Notes: generated by a model not told the origin, from the letters alone. DNA of 64,000 bases from Leptospiraceae bacterium (GCA_040217195.1 JAVJNR010000009.1:64001-128000), one strand, 5' to 3'; positions 40,191-52,200 are shown, counted from the stretch's first letter. Made by a program: numbers and translations.

Positions 40191-43100
40191 ATGGATACAA
40201 ATCATAAAGACTACAAGAAGGCCGCAACCAGGCAGCGGGCGAGGGTTTCGCGCTCCAGCCTGCTACTGGCAAGTGTTTTGCTTCTTTCGGCTTCCCTGCC
40301 CGGCGCACTGTTGGCCGGGCCGACTTCCGCGGAGACCCGGGAGACCACAACTCCCGAGGCAAGAAACGGCATTCTGGATCTGCGGCAATGGGACTTCGAA
40401 CGCGACGGATCGGCCAAATTGAGTGGAGATTGGAAGCTGGTATGGAGCCAGTTCACCTCACCGAACCGGCCATTGAGAAACGCTCATGCCGCCCGCGTTC
40501 CCCGTAGCTGGGATCAGCTGGGAATCGAAGGTGTGGGCGGTCGCGGCTTCGGAACATTTCAACTTGTACTTCAAGGCCTGCCGGACACTGGACTGATGAT
40601 TTCACTACCTTCCATGACCGGTGCCTACCGGCTTTATTGTGGAGATTCGTTGATTGCTTCCACCGGCACCGCTGGCAGCTCCTTCGAGACAACGATCCCC
40701 AAACGCATTCCCCGCCTCGCCGCCCTTCCACCGAATTGTATCAAGGACAGCGGGGCTGTGCTCACCTGGCATGTTGCCAATTTTAGACATCGAACCGGTG
40801 GCGGCGCGGCCGAGCTAACTTCCACGATGACCATCGGGCTGCCCGCTCAAATGATGGGTTCCGTGTATCAAAGGCATCTTTCCGATCTTTCCCTGCTTGC
40901 CATCGCATTCATTATGGGTCTCTATCATCTGGTCTTCTGGCTTTTTCGCCGTAATGACATCCAGTTGATTCTCTTTTCCGCCGTGGCCAGCCTGTTCTGC
41001 GTCCGCATTATTGGAACGCAAACACTTTTACAACAGGCCTTTCCCGCAGCCGATTTTTACGAGTTTGAGTTCATGCTGGAATACCTGGGCTACTATCTGC
41101 TCGTTCCGGTGTTTTTCTCATACCTGCGAGCCTGGTATCCCCGGGAATTCAATCGCATTGTATCATACGCGCTCTGGACCGTCGCGGCGCTGTTTTCAGC
41201 TACTGTTCTCTTTGGTCCCGTAGACTTTTATAGCAATTTCATTCGGTATTATGAATCGGTGAGCCTGGCTGCCTTCCTCTACACTCTGATCGCGCTTGGT
41301 ATTGCAATTGCTCGAAAACATCGCGGCGCCTGGATTATCAGCGCCGGTGTCTGGATTATCATTGGAACCGCAACCCACGACATCCTGGGCAATATGGGTG
41401 TCCTTCAATCCGAGACGTATCTGGCACAGTTTGGCTTTCTTACATTTCTTCTGTCTCAGTCTTCTCTGATGGCAGCCCTTTTTTCGGATGCCTTTCGACG
41501 CGCCGAAGATCTTTCGGAAAACCTGGAAAAAAAGGTAGTTTCCCGGACAGAGGAGCTGGCCCGGGAAAAGGATCATGCAGAGACAGCCCGGGCTACTGCT
41601 CTTGCGGCGCAGTCTGAATCGGAAATCCTGGCCGATCTTGCTCAGCAGGCCAATCGGGGAACCGATGCCAGAAGTTTGCTGGAGCCTCTGGCGCAAATTC
41701 TGATTTCCAGGCTGGGAGCGGATCGTCTGGGACTGTGGCTTGCTCGAGAGGACGGATACCTGCATCTGGTGGCAGGATATTCGGACGGCAGCCCCACAGA
41801 TCCAGGTCAGTACTCCGACATTGTGGCCCGGATCAGCACAGGCGAAGAAGGGGGAATCCTTGCCCGAGGGCTTCGGGAAGGACGAACCATCTATACTCCC
41901 AGAGTTAATCAAAAGTACCTGGAGTCATCGCCGGTAGATCGAGAAATCCAATCCACCTGGAATTTTGACTGGTTCGTAAATATACCTCTTCTGGTGCAGC
42001 AACGCTCTGTAGGTTTGATTGCCGCCTCCGGACCGAAGGCGCAAAGGATTCCTAAAACGGAAATCAAGTTTCTGGAAAGAGCTGCGGCCACCGTGGCCGG
42101 CGCCACCCAAAAGCAAAGCCTATTAGAGCGGATTGAAGCAGAAAAGAATCAGGCGGAGTCCCTTAGAATCGAAGCCGAGCGCGAAAAAGAAGAAAGCGAG
42201 CTACTGGCGGAACTGGCCCGGGAAACCAACCAGGGAGCAAGCATCGAAGAATTGCTGGCTCCCATTTATCGCGCTTCCCGCTCCCGCATAGGAGCGCGAA
42301 ACATCGCTCTGTATCTGGCAGATGAATCAAATCGAATTTTGAAGCTGCGCGCCAGCTACAGCAAAGGACGAAGCGATACCCCGGCGGATTATCCGGAAAT
42401 ACTGCAAGACGTTCCCGTAGAAGACAGAGACAACAGTCTGATTCGCACCTATCTGAGGGGACGTTCCAATTTTCAAGACCGAATGGATCCGGAAATTCTC
42501 AAAGAATATCCGGTGGATCAGGCTCTCTACGAACAATGGAACTATGACTGGGCGGCCATTGTGCCTCTGACCATCAAGGGCCAGTCCATGGGTCTTATTG
42601 TCTGGTCCGGTGAGGGCAAGAATCAAATCTCTCGCTCCGATTTACCCTTCCTGGAAAGCGTGGCCGACATCATCACCGGCGCCATACATAATTTGCAGCT
42701 GCTGGAGCAGGTAAAAGAGAAACAAAGCATCGCAGAGCAGGAAAGACAGGCCACGGAGATGCTGGCGGAGCTCTCCAGGAAAGCCATGGAAGGCGGCAAA
42801 CTGGAAGAGATTGTGCGCTCCCTTTCGGATTTTCTAAGACCCATGGTGGGTAATCATGGCGTTAGCCTGTATCTGCCAGATCCGGAGGCGAGGCTACTTG
42901 TTCAGCAGACGGCTTCCGAAAACGGTAAGGTCCTTCCGCTGGATACGATTCCGGACATTGTTCGCAACGTCCCTCTGGCTTCCGAAGGCGGTAGTCTGCC
43001 AATTGTTTTTGGCAGCGGCAAGCCAATGTACTTCGCTCGAATCACGCAGAGAATGCTAGACAGCAGCGAAGTGGACCGGGCAGTAGCTGACCATTTCAAA

Positions 43101-46100
43101 TTGCAATGGGTATACCATTTACCGCTTTCGGTTGGAGATAAGGTCATCGGTATTGCAACCATAGGCGGTCGTTACCAGCGGCGAATACCTCCCTCAGACA
43201 AAGCCTTGATTGGGCGAATGATTGCCCAGGTGGCTGGCGCCGTGCAACAGCAAAGTCTGTTACAGACCATTGAAGAAGAAAAGGATTCCGCCAACAAGCT
43301 GGAACAGGAAACCAGGGCTCTTGCCGAATTCACCCGGCTTCTAAATGAAAGACAGGACCTGGATTCTGTAGTAAAAGAGGTATGTCGATTTGCCGTAGAG
43401 GCCCTGGATCTTCGTGGAACCTTTATTACTGTAATCAACGAAAAAGAACGAGAATTCCAAAATATTGGAGGGTTTGGCCGCGATTACAACGACCAGCAAT
43501 TGCTATTTGCCACTGGTTCCCGGGCGCCTCTGAATCCGGATGCTGGCACCTATTATCGTACCTACGAACGCAAGAAACCTCTGTATTTTCGCCGTCTGCC
43601 GCAACTGGATAATCCCACCGACCGCTACGTAGTGGAACTGTTGGAGCTAAAAAGCTACGCCCATGTACCTTTGATTTTGCAGGGTAATGTTATCGGCATC
43701 ATGGGGGTCGATCCAGGACAGCGAAAGCTCAAACGGGAGGACCTGAATCGACTGCAAAGATATGCCGACCAGGTCACCGGGGCCATCAACAATGCAGCGC
43801 TGCTAAAACAGGTTCAGCAGCAAAGATTCAGTATCGAAGGCATGGCCAAAATCACAGAAGTGGCCGCTTCAACAGATAACCTGGACGAAATCATCGATCA
43901 GATCTTTGACTATGTGCGACAGAGGTATGGCATATTATCTGGCATTGTCATGCTTCCAGATGACAAACATGCGAATCTAAGAACCTATCGGGTCGTTACA
44001 TTCGAAGACAAAGATAAGCTACAACTACATGAAGTTGGCCGATACTCGGAGAACCTTTCTATTCCCATCAATGACCGTGGTGGTACGCTGGCCCGCACAT
44101 TTCGGCGAGGTCGTCCGTTCTACGTACCCGACGCCTCTCGTATACAAAACGTTAAGCGAAACTATCCAGGGGCAGAGACCGACCGGGAGATCTTCAGCAA
44201 TCTTCGCTACAAGGGGTATCTGGCCCTTCCCATGTCAGTAAACAATGAACCTGTAGCGCTTTTAAACTTCACCTCCTACGGCGGTGAATTGCGATTGAGC
44301 AAATCGGACAGGGAAGAACTGGGCACCCTGGCAGATCAACTGGCCGGCATCATTCGATCCAGGCAACTTGCAGACAGACTCGCTATAGAAAAGAAGCGGG
44401 CAGAGCAGGAGAAAAAGGTGAATGAGGCGCTGGCCAATCTGGCCAGGCAGGCTAACGAAGGCGCTGGCATAGAAGACATTTTAACGCAGACTTCCCGATA
44501 TGTACAATCGGAGTGCGGCGTTTCCAGACTGGGGCTCTATATCGTTAATCACGAAAGAAATACCCTGGAATTGCACTCTATTCTGGAATCTGCACAGTTG
44601 CAAAATCTGGAAGAGGCGCCGGAAATAATCAAGACCATACCGATCGAATTTGAGAGCGGAAGCCTGGCAACCGTAGTCCGCAGAAATAGAAAGTTTTTCA
44701 TGCCGTACATGAAACAACAGTTTCTCGAAGCATCTCACGTTGATAAAGCTCATGTGGAATTCCACAAGTTTGACTGGGCATTGCAGGCCCCACTGAACAC
44801 AAGCGGCTCGATTATTGGAATACTTGTATTCGTGGGGCCGCATTCAACCCGTCCAGGTCTTCGCGAAAGACAACTGATGGAACGAATCGTTGATCAGATT
44901 GCTGGCGCCGTGCAAAGCAAGCAGCTATTGGATCAGGTCCGGGAAGCGCGAAAGGATAGCGAAGCGCTGGCCGAACTGGCCCGTCGTGCAGATGAAGGGG
45001 CCGATCTAACAGAAATTGGAGAACTGGTATTACACTATGCCCGGGAAAGATGCGGGGTGGATACGATGGGCCTCTATACCGTAGATCGAGAGCACCATCG
45101 AATGGAAGCTCATGCTATTGCGCGCAAGGGCGTCATAGAGCCGGTAAGAGCGGTACCGGAAGAACTACGGTTTCCTCCTCTCGCCGAAGAAACCGGTAGT
45201 CTCAGCCAGGTTGTGGCACGGGGGAAACCTCTATATATGGGAAGGCTTCCGGGCCGGGTGAAGATCCGAATGAGCGACCATGACCGAAAGAATCTGGAGT
45301 TCATGGGATTCGACTGGTTTCTGGATATTCCAATGATAGCTCAAGAAGAAGTGATTGGAGTGATCGCTTTTGCCGGCCCTGCCAGGCAAAAACTCTCGAA
45401 GAGCGAAAGAAGTTTTCTGGAGCGAATCACCGTGCAGGTCGCGGGCTCCGTACAGAATCGACAGCTTTTGAAGCAGGTGGAATCAGAACGAAACGTAGCT
45501 CGCACTCTTCAAAAGGAAACGGAAGGACTGAACCAGCTTCTGAAGCGAATAGCGGCCATGGAAGACCTGGAAGCAATCATGGATGAGGTAATCGCATTTT
45601 CCGAAGAAGCCTACGGCATAGGCATTTATTCCCTGTATTCTGTGGACAACGCAACCAAGCAGATGCAAGCGCTGGCTATGAACTTCCCGGATCATATTGC
45701 GCCCGAAGATCGACAGTATATCATGGACACTCCGGTTCCCCTGGATTTTCGCGGCGGGGCCTTTACCACCGCCTATCGGCGTAGTCCCCGCTACACATAC
45801 TTCAAGAATGCGAAATCGGAAGGTACATCGCCCATAGAGCAGTTTGTCACCGAGACGTACAATCTAACAAACATGGTGGTGTATCCGCTCATGGAAGGCG
45901 ACCAGGTAATGGCCTTTCTGAACTTTCTGACATACACTGAGGAAGGGTTGAATCGAGATCAGTTAAGTCAGCTATCCATTCTCAGCGATCAGATCTCTGG
46001 CATCATTCGAATGAATGGATTGATTCGTCAGGTAAAAGAGCAAAGCGCCCGAACCGAAGCCGCCAGGCAGGAAGTAGAGGCCCTGGCACGTATCACCCGA

Positions 46101-48713
46101 AAAGCCAATGAGTCCGCAGATCTGGAGCAGATCTTCGACATTATCCTGTCCTATGCCCAGGAAAACTTCGGCATTGAAGGGGCCATGCTGCAACTGGCTG
46201 ATGCGAACGCCAATGAGCTGTTCTACTATCGCACAAACAAGGTCGCGCGCCATACAGATGATATGTGGGATTTTATGCAAAACCTGCGCATTCCGCTGGA
46301 TGAGAGTGGAGGATTGGCGCACAACATTGCCCGGCGGGGCAAACCGATGTATCTATTGGATATGAAACGCGCAGCTCTGGAGCTTTCCGATCCGTTAAAG
46401 AAACTGGTCAAAGTTGTGGACCTGAAGTCGGCGCTCATCGTTCCACTGAAGGTAAAGCATCAAACCATCGGAATGATGTATTTCTCCAATTATTCCAGCC
46501 GCCTGCAATTAAATCGGGATCAAATCAATAGTATTGCACGGTTCGCCGAACAGATAGCAGGCACCATTTACGGTGCCAATCTTCTGGAACAGGCCGAAAC
46601 AGAGCGTGCTCGCGCTGAGGCCGCCCGAAAAGAAACCGAGATACTGGCAGACCTTTCGCGAAAAGCCAATGAAGCCACGGACCTGGAGGCTGTGAGCCAG
46701 ACACTCTTTGACTATCTTCGAGAATCCCTGGAGCTGGACGATTTCTGTCTCTTTGTCCTGGAACCCGAAACCATGTTGCTCCATGCAGCTGCCTGGGATA
46801 CCACGGCTGCCCATGACCCGGAAAACCTGCGCTGGCTGGAAACCACTCGCTTCAAGCTGGAGCCAGAAATTGGTACCCTGTACCGCACATACACAAAGAA
46901 AAAGTCAACCTACCTGCCCCGCTTTCCAGAAGCCTTCTTTGCGGAGGGGGACCGGGCTATTGTAGAAAAACTAAAGCTAACGTCTGCCCTTCAGGTGCCT
47001 CTCATCATCCAGGATGAGGTAATTGGTTTTTTTACATCCGGTCCCCGCCGCCGATTAAGCCGAGAAGAAATTACATCCGTAGAGCGATTCTGCAACCAGG
47101 TGGCAGGCGCCATTCGCGCAACCGCGCTGCTCAACAGTACAGTCCAGGCCAGGCAGCGGGCCGAAGCGGCGCGGCAGGAAACAGAGGCCCTGGCCATGCT
47201 TGCCAAACAGGCAAACGAAACTTCCAACCTGCAGAGCCTATGCGATACACTCTTTGATCACCTGGAAAAGCACTACAGCATACACAATCAGGCGCTATTT
47301 GTGGTGCATACCGAAAGCCATGAAATGACACCTGTAGCTGCCCGGGGTGGCCGAACAGAGCAGCAGAGACAACAGTGGCTGGACACCTTTCGCATTAATC
47401 TCAGCCGGGATCCGGGAACTCTGTCCTCGACATACAAAAGGCAAAAGACCTTCTATATCAAAGAAATACCCAAGACCCTGGCCGGAAAGGACCTCGAAAT
47501 TGTAAATACCTTGAATCCAGGCTCCATACTCCAGGTTCCACTTGTACTTCAGGGGCATACGGTAGCCATCATGGTGGCCGATCCAATCAAGGCTTTGAAC
47601 CGCAGCGACATTTCCTCTATTGAGCGACTATGCGATCAGATCGCCGGAGCTGTTCGAACCACCGCGCTGCTTCAGGCTACCCAGGAAGCCCGGGAAGAAG
47701 CCGTGGCAGCCAAAGAGGAAGCAGAAGTGGCCCGGGCCGAATCCGATGCACTTCTGGAGAATGTGCTGCCCAGCGTAACAGCAAAGGAGCTGAAAGAGTC
47801 TGGTCGAGTCGAGCCGGTGTACTTCGATAATGTTTCCGTCCTGTTCACAGACTTTGTAGGATTTACGAAAGCAGCGGCCAATCTAAGTCCCGCCGAGCTA
47901 ATCCAGGAGTTGGACGGCTGCTTTTCGCAATTCGATGAAGTATCCCGCCGAAACAACATGGAAAAGCTAAAGACCATTGGCGATGCCTATATGTGCGCCG
48001 GAGGCCTGCCGGTGCCCAACGAAGGTCATGCTATCGATGCCTGCTTGACAGCTCTTGAATTTCGCAGCTTCATGAATCAGATGGCAGCAGTAAAAGGACA
48101 GCTGGGCTATGAATTCTGGCAGATTCGCATTGGCATACACAGCGGACCGGTTACGGCCGGCGTCATTGGCCAGAACAAGTTCTCCTACGATATCTGGGGA
48201 GATACCGTAAACGTGGCCAGCCGAATGGAGTCCTCCGGTAGCCCTGGCATGGTGAATATATCGGGCACCACATACGAACTGGTGAAAGATCTATTCGAAT
48301 GCGAATATCGAGGCAAAGTTCAGGCCAAGGGAAAGGGCGAACTGGACATGTACTTTGTGCATAGAATCAAGCCGGAGCTTTCTGCTGACGAGGAAGGACT
48401 GCTTCCCAATGCCATGTTTGAGCTTGCACGGACGGATATGGATATGGAGGAACTGGATGACCTACGCAGGAACGTGGCCGCGCGAAAGGCCGAAGGATTC
48501 CAGGACGGAGTATCCACGGATTCCAGAGATCATTCAGAACCGAACGGATCTTTTGACCTCTCGAATGCTCTGAATCCCTCAAATCGTCCGAACAGCGCGA
48601 GCAGCCACGAAAGTCCAATTCATGGCCCCTCCTCCGGAACCCGACACCGAAAGAAGAAACTGGCCGGCGCCCGTCCGCTTTCAGACATAGATGAAAGCCG
48701 CCAGGGATGGTAA
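40191..48713 (+). CDS. Giant adenylate cyclase 2: 7TM-DISM-type sensor, 11 GAF-like modules, class III cyclase, conserved tail
   Basis: ORF 40113-48713 (2866 aa), likely start MDTNHK at 40191; eleven repeats of about 190 aa linked by coiled coils; intact cyclase motifs. Confidence 0.92.
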   Translation: MDTNHKDYKKAATRQRARVSRSSLLLASVLLLSASLPGALLAGPTSAETRETTTPEARNGILDLRQWDFERDGSAKLSGDWKLVWSQFTSPNRPLRNAHAARVPRSWDQLGIEGVGGRGFGTFQLVLQGLPDTGLMISLPSMTGAYRLYCGDSLIASTGTAGSSFETTIPKRIPRLAALPPNCIKDSGAVLTWHVANFRHRTGGGAAELTSTMTIGLPAQMMGSVYQRHLSDLSLLAIAFIMGLYHLVFWLFRRNDIQLILFSAVASLFCVRIIGTQTLLQQAFPAADFYEFEFMLEYLGYYLLVPVFFSYLRAWYPREFNRIVSYALWTVAALFSATVLFGPVDFYSNFIRYYESVSLAAFLYTLIALGIAIARKHRGAWIISAGVWIIIGTATHDILGNMGVLQSETYLAQFGFLTFLLSQSSLMAALFSDAFRRAEDLSENLEKKVVSRTEELAREKDHAETARATALAAQSESEILADLAQQANRGTDARSLLEPLAQILISRLGADRLGLWLAREDGYLHLVAGYSDGSPTDPGQYSDIVARISTGEEGGILARGLREGRTIYTPRVNQKYLESSPVDREIQSTWNFDWFVNIPLLVQQRSVGLIAASGPKAQRIPKTEIKFLERAAATVAGATQKQSLLERIEAEKNQAESLRIEAEREKEESELLAELARETNQGASIEELLAPIYRASRSRIGARNIALYLADESNRILKLRASYSKGRSDTPADYPEILQDVPVEDRDNSLIRTYLRGRSNFQDRMDPEILKEYPVDQALYEQWNYDWAAIVPLTIKGQSMGLIVWSGEGKNQISRSDLPFLESVADIITGAIHNLQLLEQVKEKQSIAEQERQATEMLAELSRKAMEGGKLEEIVRSLSDFLRPMVGNHGVSLYLPDPEARLLVQQTASENGKVLPLDTIPDIVRNVPLASEGGSLPIVFGSGKPMYFARITQRMLDSSEVDRAVADHFKLQWVYHLPLSVGDKVIGIATIGGRYQRRIPPSDKALIGRMIAQVAGAVQQQSLLQTIEEEKDSANKLEQETRALAEFTRLLNERQDLDSVVKEVCRFAVEALDLRGTFITVINEKEREFQNIGGFGRDYNDQQLLFATGSRAPLNPDAGTYYRTYERKKPLYFRRLPQLDNPTDRYVVELLELKSYAHVPLILQGNVIGIMGVDPGQRKLKREDLNRLQRYADQVTGAINNAALLKQVQQQRFSIEGMAKITEVAASTDNLDEIIDQIFDYVRQRYGILSGIVMLPDDKHANLRTYRVVTFEDKDKLQLHEVGRYSENLSIPINDRGGTLARTFRRGRPFYVPDASRIQNVKRNYPGAETDREIFSNLRYKGYLALPMSVNNEPVALLNFTSYGGELRLSKSDREELGTLADQLAGIIRSRQLADRLAIEKKRAEQEKKVNEALANLARQANEGAGIEDILTQTSRYVQSECGVSRLGLYIVNHERNTLELHSILESAQLQNLEEAPEIIKTIPIEFESGSLATVVRRNRKFFMPYMKQQFLEASHVDKAHVEFHKFDWALQAPLNTSGSIIGILVFVGPHSTRPGLRERQLMERIVDQIAGAVQSKQLLDQVREARKDSEALAELARRADEGADLTEIGELVLHYARERCGVDTMGLYTVDREHHRMEAHAIARKGVIEPVRAVPEELRFPPLAEETGSLSQVVARGKPLYMGRLPGRVKIRMSDHDRKNLEFMGFDWFLDIPMIAQEEVIGVIAFAGPARQKLSKSERSFLERITVQVAGSVQNRQLLKQVESERNVARTLQKETEGLNQLLKRIAAMEDLEAIMDEVIAFSEEAYGIGIYSLYSVDNATKQMQALAMNFPDHIAPEDRQYIMDTPVPLDFRGGAFTTAYRRSPRYTYFKNAKSEGTSPIEQFVTETYNLTNMVVYPLMEGDQVMAFLNFLTYTEEGLNRDQLSQLSILSDQISGIIRMNGLIRQVKEQSARTEAARQEVEALARITRKANESADLEQIFDIILSYAQENFGIEGAMLQLADANANELFYYRTNKVARHTDDMWDFMQNLRIPLDESGGLAHNIARRGKPMYLLDMKRAALELSDPLKKLVKVVDLKSALIVPLKVKHQTIGMMYFSNYSSRLQLNRDQINSIARFAEQIAGTIYGANLLEQAETERARAEAARKETEILADLSRKANEATDLEAVSQTLFDYLRESLELDDFCLFVLEPETMLLHAAAWDTTAAHDPENLRWLETTRFKLEPEIGTLYRTYTKKKSTYLPRFPEAFFAEGDRAIVEKLKLTSALQVPLIIQDEVIGFFTSGPRRRLSREEITSVERFCNQVAGAIRATALLNSTVQARQRAEAARQETEALAMLAKQANETSNLQSLCDTLFDHLEKHYSIHNQALFVVHTESHEMTPVAARGGRTEQQRQQWLDTFRINLSRDPGTLSSTYKRQKTFYIKEIPKTLAGKDLEIVNTLNPGSILQVPLVLQGHTVAIMVADPIKALNRSDISSIERLCDQIAGAVRTTALLQATQEAREEAVAAKEEAEVARAESDALLENVLPSVTAKELKESGRVEPVYFDNVSVLFTDFVGFTKAAANLSPAELIQELDGCFSQFDEVSRRNNMEKLKTIGDAYMCAGGLPVPNEGHAIDACLTALEFRSFMNQMAAVKGQLGYEFWQIRIGIHSGPVTAGVIGQNKFSYDIWGDTVNVASRMESSGSPGMVNISGTTYELVKDLFECEYRGKVQAKGKGELDMYFVHRIKPELSADEEGLLPNAMFELARTDMDMEELDDLRRNVAARKAEGFQDGVSTDSRDHSEPNGSFDLSNALNPSNRPNSASSHESPIHGPSSGTRHRKKKLAGARPLSDIDESRQGW

Positions 48714-48781
48714 CGATATAGCCAATCAATGTAGCCGGTTCCTCCGCTACAATGGCTGAAGTATCGCATGATGATCGAGCA

Positions 48782-48985
48782 GATCAGCTGGAGTTCCAAT
48801 ACCCTTCGCTCGAGCTCCGCCCGATTGTGCACCTGCGCCTTACTGTAAATGCTTTCTACTTGATGATATGGCGCAGGAGGGCTCATAAACAAGAACTCCG
48901 CCACCGAAGCGATGGCTTTGCCTCCCATCCTTAGTTCGAGAATCAGCCACCCCCGCTCCGTAATATCCGGCGCCAGGCTGCGCAC
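48782..48985 (-). pseudogene. Remnant of a third NarL-type regulator (LuxR HTH only)
   Basis: APDITERGWLILELRMGGKAIASVAEFLFMSPPAPYHQVESIYSKAQVHNRAELERRVLELQLI aligns with the C-termini of both intact regulators; REC domain and stop codon lost. Confidence 0.85.
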
Positions 48986-49145
48986 CAGGTTTCGTCATAC
49001 GGCAAGCATGGGTAAGGGTCCATTTCTCAGATGATTATTGCTGAATCGGGCTTTTCGGGTAGAACGGTCCCTTTGCTCCTTCCTGGACCACCGAAAAGAT
49101 TTCGGGATTTTCCCCGAATTTCGAACCAAACCTAACGTTTCCTGC

Positions 49146-49161
49146 CCCCCTGAATTGGGGG
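49146..49161 (+). promoter_or_regulatory. 7-2-7 palindromic box, copy 5
   Basis: ccccctg-aa-ttggggg then tttt; TTGCCA at 49189. Confidence 0.7.
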
Positions 49162-49291
49162 TTTTCTTCGACTACATGCTGGATTCGGTTGCCAGTCTTT
49201 CGAAAATAAGGGATTGATGGCAATAAATGTTAGAAGTGGCAAATGGGCCGCTTTTAATCGGGGCCCATACGATACCAGGACAGTAGAGCCG

Positions 49292-52200
49292 ATGGAGACA
49301 ATTAGCCAGAAATACAGCAGGTCTGGAAACACAAAGGGAACCGGGTTTCAGCTCGCAGATTTGCTGCTAGCAAGTATACTGTTCTGGCTGCCAAAAAGAA
49401 TAGTCAGTTTATTGGCCGGAATTCCAGCCCGGCTCCGTCTTTTCTTTCCAGTGCGATCCTTTATGTCAGCCGCGATTCCGGGGCCCCTTTTTCTTATAGC
49501 CTTGTTCTCAATGGTCGCTATTGGTTGCTTTCAATCAGCCCGGCCCGGCCCACCGGTTGCCCGGGATGGAGTTCTGGATCTACGACAATGGGATTTCGAA
49601 AGCAATGGATCGGCCAATTTGAGCGGAGATTGGAAACTTGTATGGGGCCAGTTCGCCTCTCCAAACAGTCCATTGAGAAACGCCTATGACGCGCGTGTTC
49701 CCCGTAGCTGGGATCACCTCGGAATCGAAGGCGTTAGCGGCCGCGGCTTCGGAACATTGCAGCTTGTTCTTCAAGGCCTACCGGAGACGACCTCCGGCCT
49801 GACCATTTCCCTCCCTTCCATGACCGGTGCCTACCGGCTTTATTGTGGAGAATCGTTGATTGCTGCCACCGGCACGGCCGGCAACTCCTATGAGACAACG
49901 ACCCCTGAACGCATTCCTCGTGTGGCCATCCTTCCAACGGAATGCATTAAGGAAAATCAGGCTGTACTCACATGGCATGTTGCAAACTTCCGGCATCGAA
50001 CCGGTGGAGGTGCGGCCGAGCTAACTTCCACGATGACAATCGGGCTACCCGCTCAAACCATGAGTTCCGTGTATCGGAGACATCTGGCCGATCTTTCCCT
50101 GCTTGCCATCGCATTCATTATGGCCCTCTACCATCTGGTCTACTGGCTGTTTCGCCGCGATGACGTCCAGTTGGTCCTTTTTTCGGCCGTGGCCGCTCTA
50201 TTCTGCGTTCGAATTACTGGAACGCAAACGCTTTTGCAACAGGCCTTTCCCTCCGCCGATTTTTACGAAATTGAATTCATGCTGGAATACCTGGGCTACT
50301 ATTTGCTCGTGCCGGTTTTCTTTTCCTATCTACGAGCATGGTACCCGGGCGAGTTCAATCGATTTGTATCGTACACGCTCTGGATCATCGGAGGGCTTTT
50401 TTCAGCCACCGTTCTTTTTGGTCCGGTAGATTTCTATAGCAATTACATTCGCTATTATGAAAGCGTCAGCCTGGCTGCCTTTCTTTACACCCTGATCGCG
50501 CTTGGTTTTGCCATTGTTCGAAAACGTCGCGGTGCCTGGATCCTAAACGCCGGCGTCTGGATTATAATCGGAACCGCAACGCATGACATCCTGGGCAATA
50601 TGGGTGTGCTTCAGTCCGAAACCTATCTGGCGCAGTTTGGCTTTCTTACATTTCTGTTATCTCAGTCTTCTCTGATGGCAGCTCTTTTCTCGGACGCCTT
50701 TCGTCGCGCCGAGGATCTTTCAGAGAATCTGGAAAAAAAGGTCGTCTCCCGGACAGGGGAACTGGCCCGTGAAAAGGATCGCGCAGAGACAGCGCGAGCG
50801 ACCGCACTTGCGGAGCAGTTGGAATCGGAGATTCTGGCGGATCTGGCCCAACAGGCCAACCGTGGTACAGATGCAAAAAGCCTGCTGGACCCTCTGGCCA
50901 GGGTTTTGACTGCACGCCTTGGAGCGGACCGCCTGGGACTCTGGGTTGCCCGGGATGACGGGTATCTTGAACTGGTGGCCGGTTTTGCGGATGGCCAACC
51001 AACGGATCCGAAGCAATATTCCGACGTTGTGGCTCGAATCAGTACCGGCGAAAAAGGAGGTATTCTGGCACGCGGCTATCGAGAAGGCCGAATCATCTAT
51101 GTTCCTCGAGTAAACCGCAAGCTTCTGGAGAATTCGCCTGTGGACCGGGAAATCCAATCCACCTGGAAGTTTGACTGGTTCGTTAATCTACCGCTGGTTG
51201 TGGACCGGGGCTCGGTGGGAATGATTGCCGCTTCCGGTCCCAGAGCAAAAAGAATTCCCCGAAAGGAAATCCGATTTCTGGAACGAGCGGCGGCCACCGT
51301 GGCCAGCGCTACCCAGAAACAAATGCTTCTGGAGCGAATCGAAGAAGAAAAGGATGCAGCGAAAAAACTGGAGCGCGAAACCAGGGCTCTGGCCGAGTTT
51401 ACGCGACGACTTAACGAAAGGCAGGACCTGAACTCCATTGTATCAGAGGTTTGTCAATACTCAGTAAATTCCATGGCTCTGCGAGGAGCCTACGTAACCG
51501 TAATCAATGAGAAGGAAAGGGAATTTCAAAGCATTGGAGGGTATGGCCTGGATTACAATGATCAGCAAATGGCCTTCGTGCGTTCCTCCCGCGTACCTCT
51601 TAGCCAGGAATCCGGATTGATCTATTCCACGTATCGAAGAAAGAAAAATGTGCACCTTCGTAGATTACGTCAATCCTCAAGTCCGGTGGATGAATATGCC
51701 CGGGAAATACTGCAGCTAAATTCTATTGCACACTTCCCTCTGCTTCTGGAAGGAAATGTAATCGGTGTTCTCGCAGTGGATCCGGGGCGGCGAAAATTAA
51801 GCCAGAAGGACCTGGGTAAGCTGCAGAATTATGCCGACCAGGTAACAGGAGCCATTAACAATGCCGCTTTGCTGCAACAGGTTCAGCAGCAGAGGATGAG
51901 CATTGAAGGTCTGGCAAGAATTACCGAGACTGCCGCCTCTACAGATAACCTGGACGAAATCCTGAATCAGATCTTTCACTATGTGCATTCTCGTTTTGGG
52001 ATTTTGTCAGGGCTTGTAATGGTTCCCAACGAAGACCGCACCGAGCTTCAAAGCATTAAGGTACATACATTCGAAGATAAAGAGTCCCTGCAACTGGCTG
52101 CTGCTGGCGAATACGCAGAAGGTCTATCGGTAGCAATTAACTTACAGGGAGGCACTCTTGCGCGAACCTTTCTACGTGGCAGGCCTTTCTACGTACCGGA

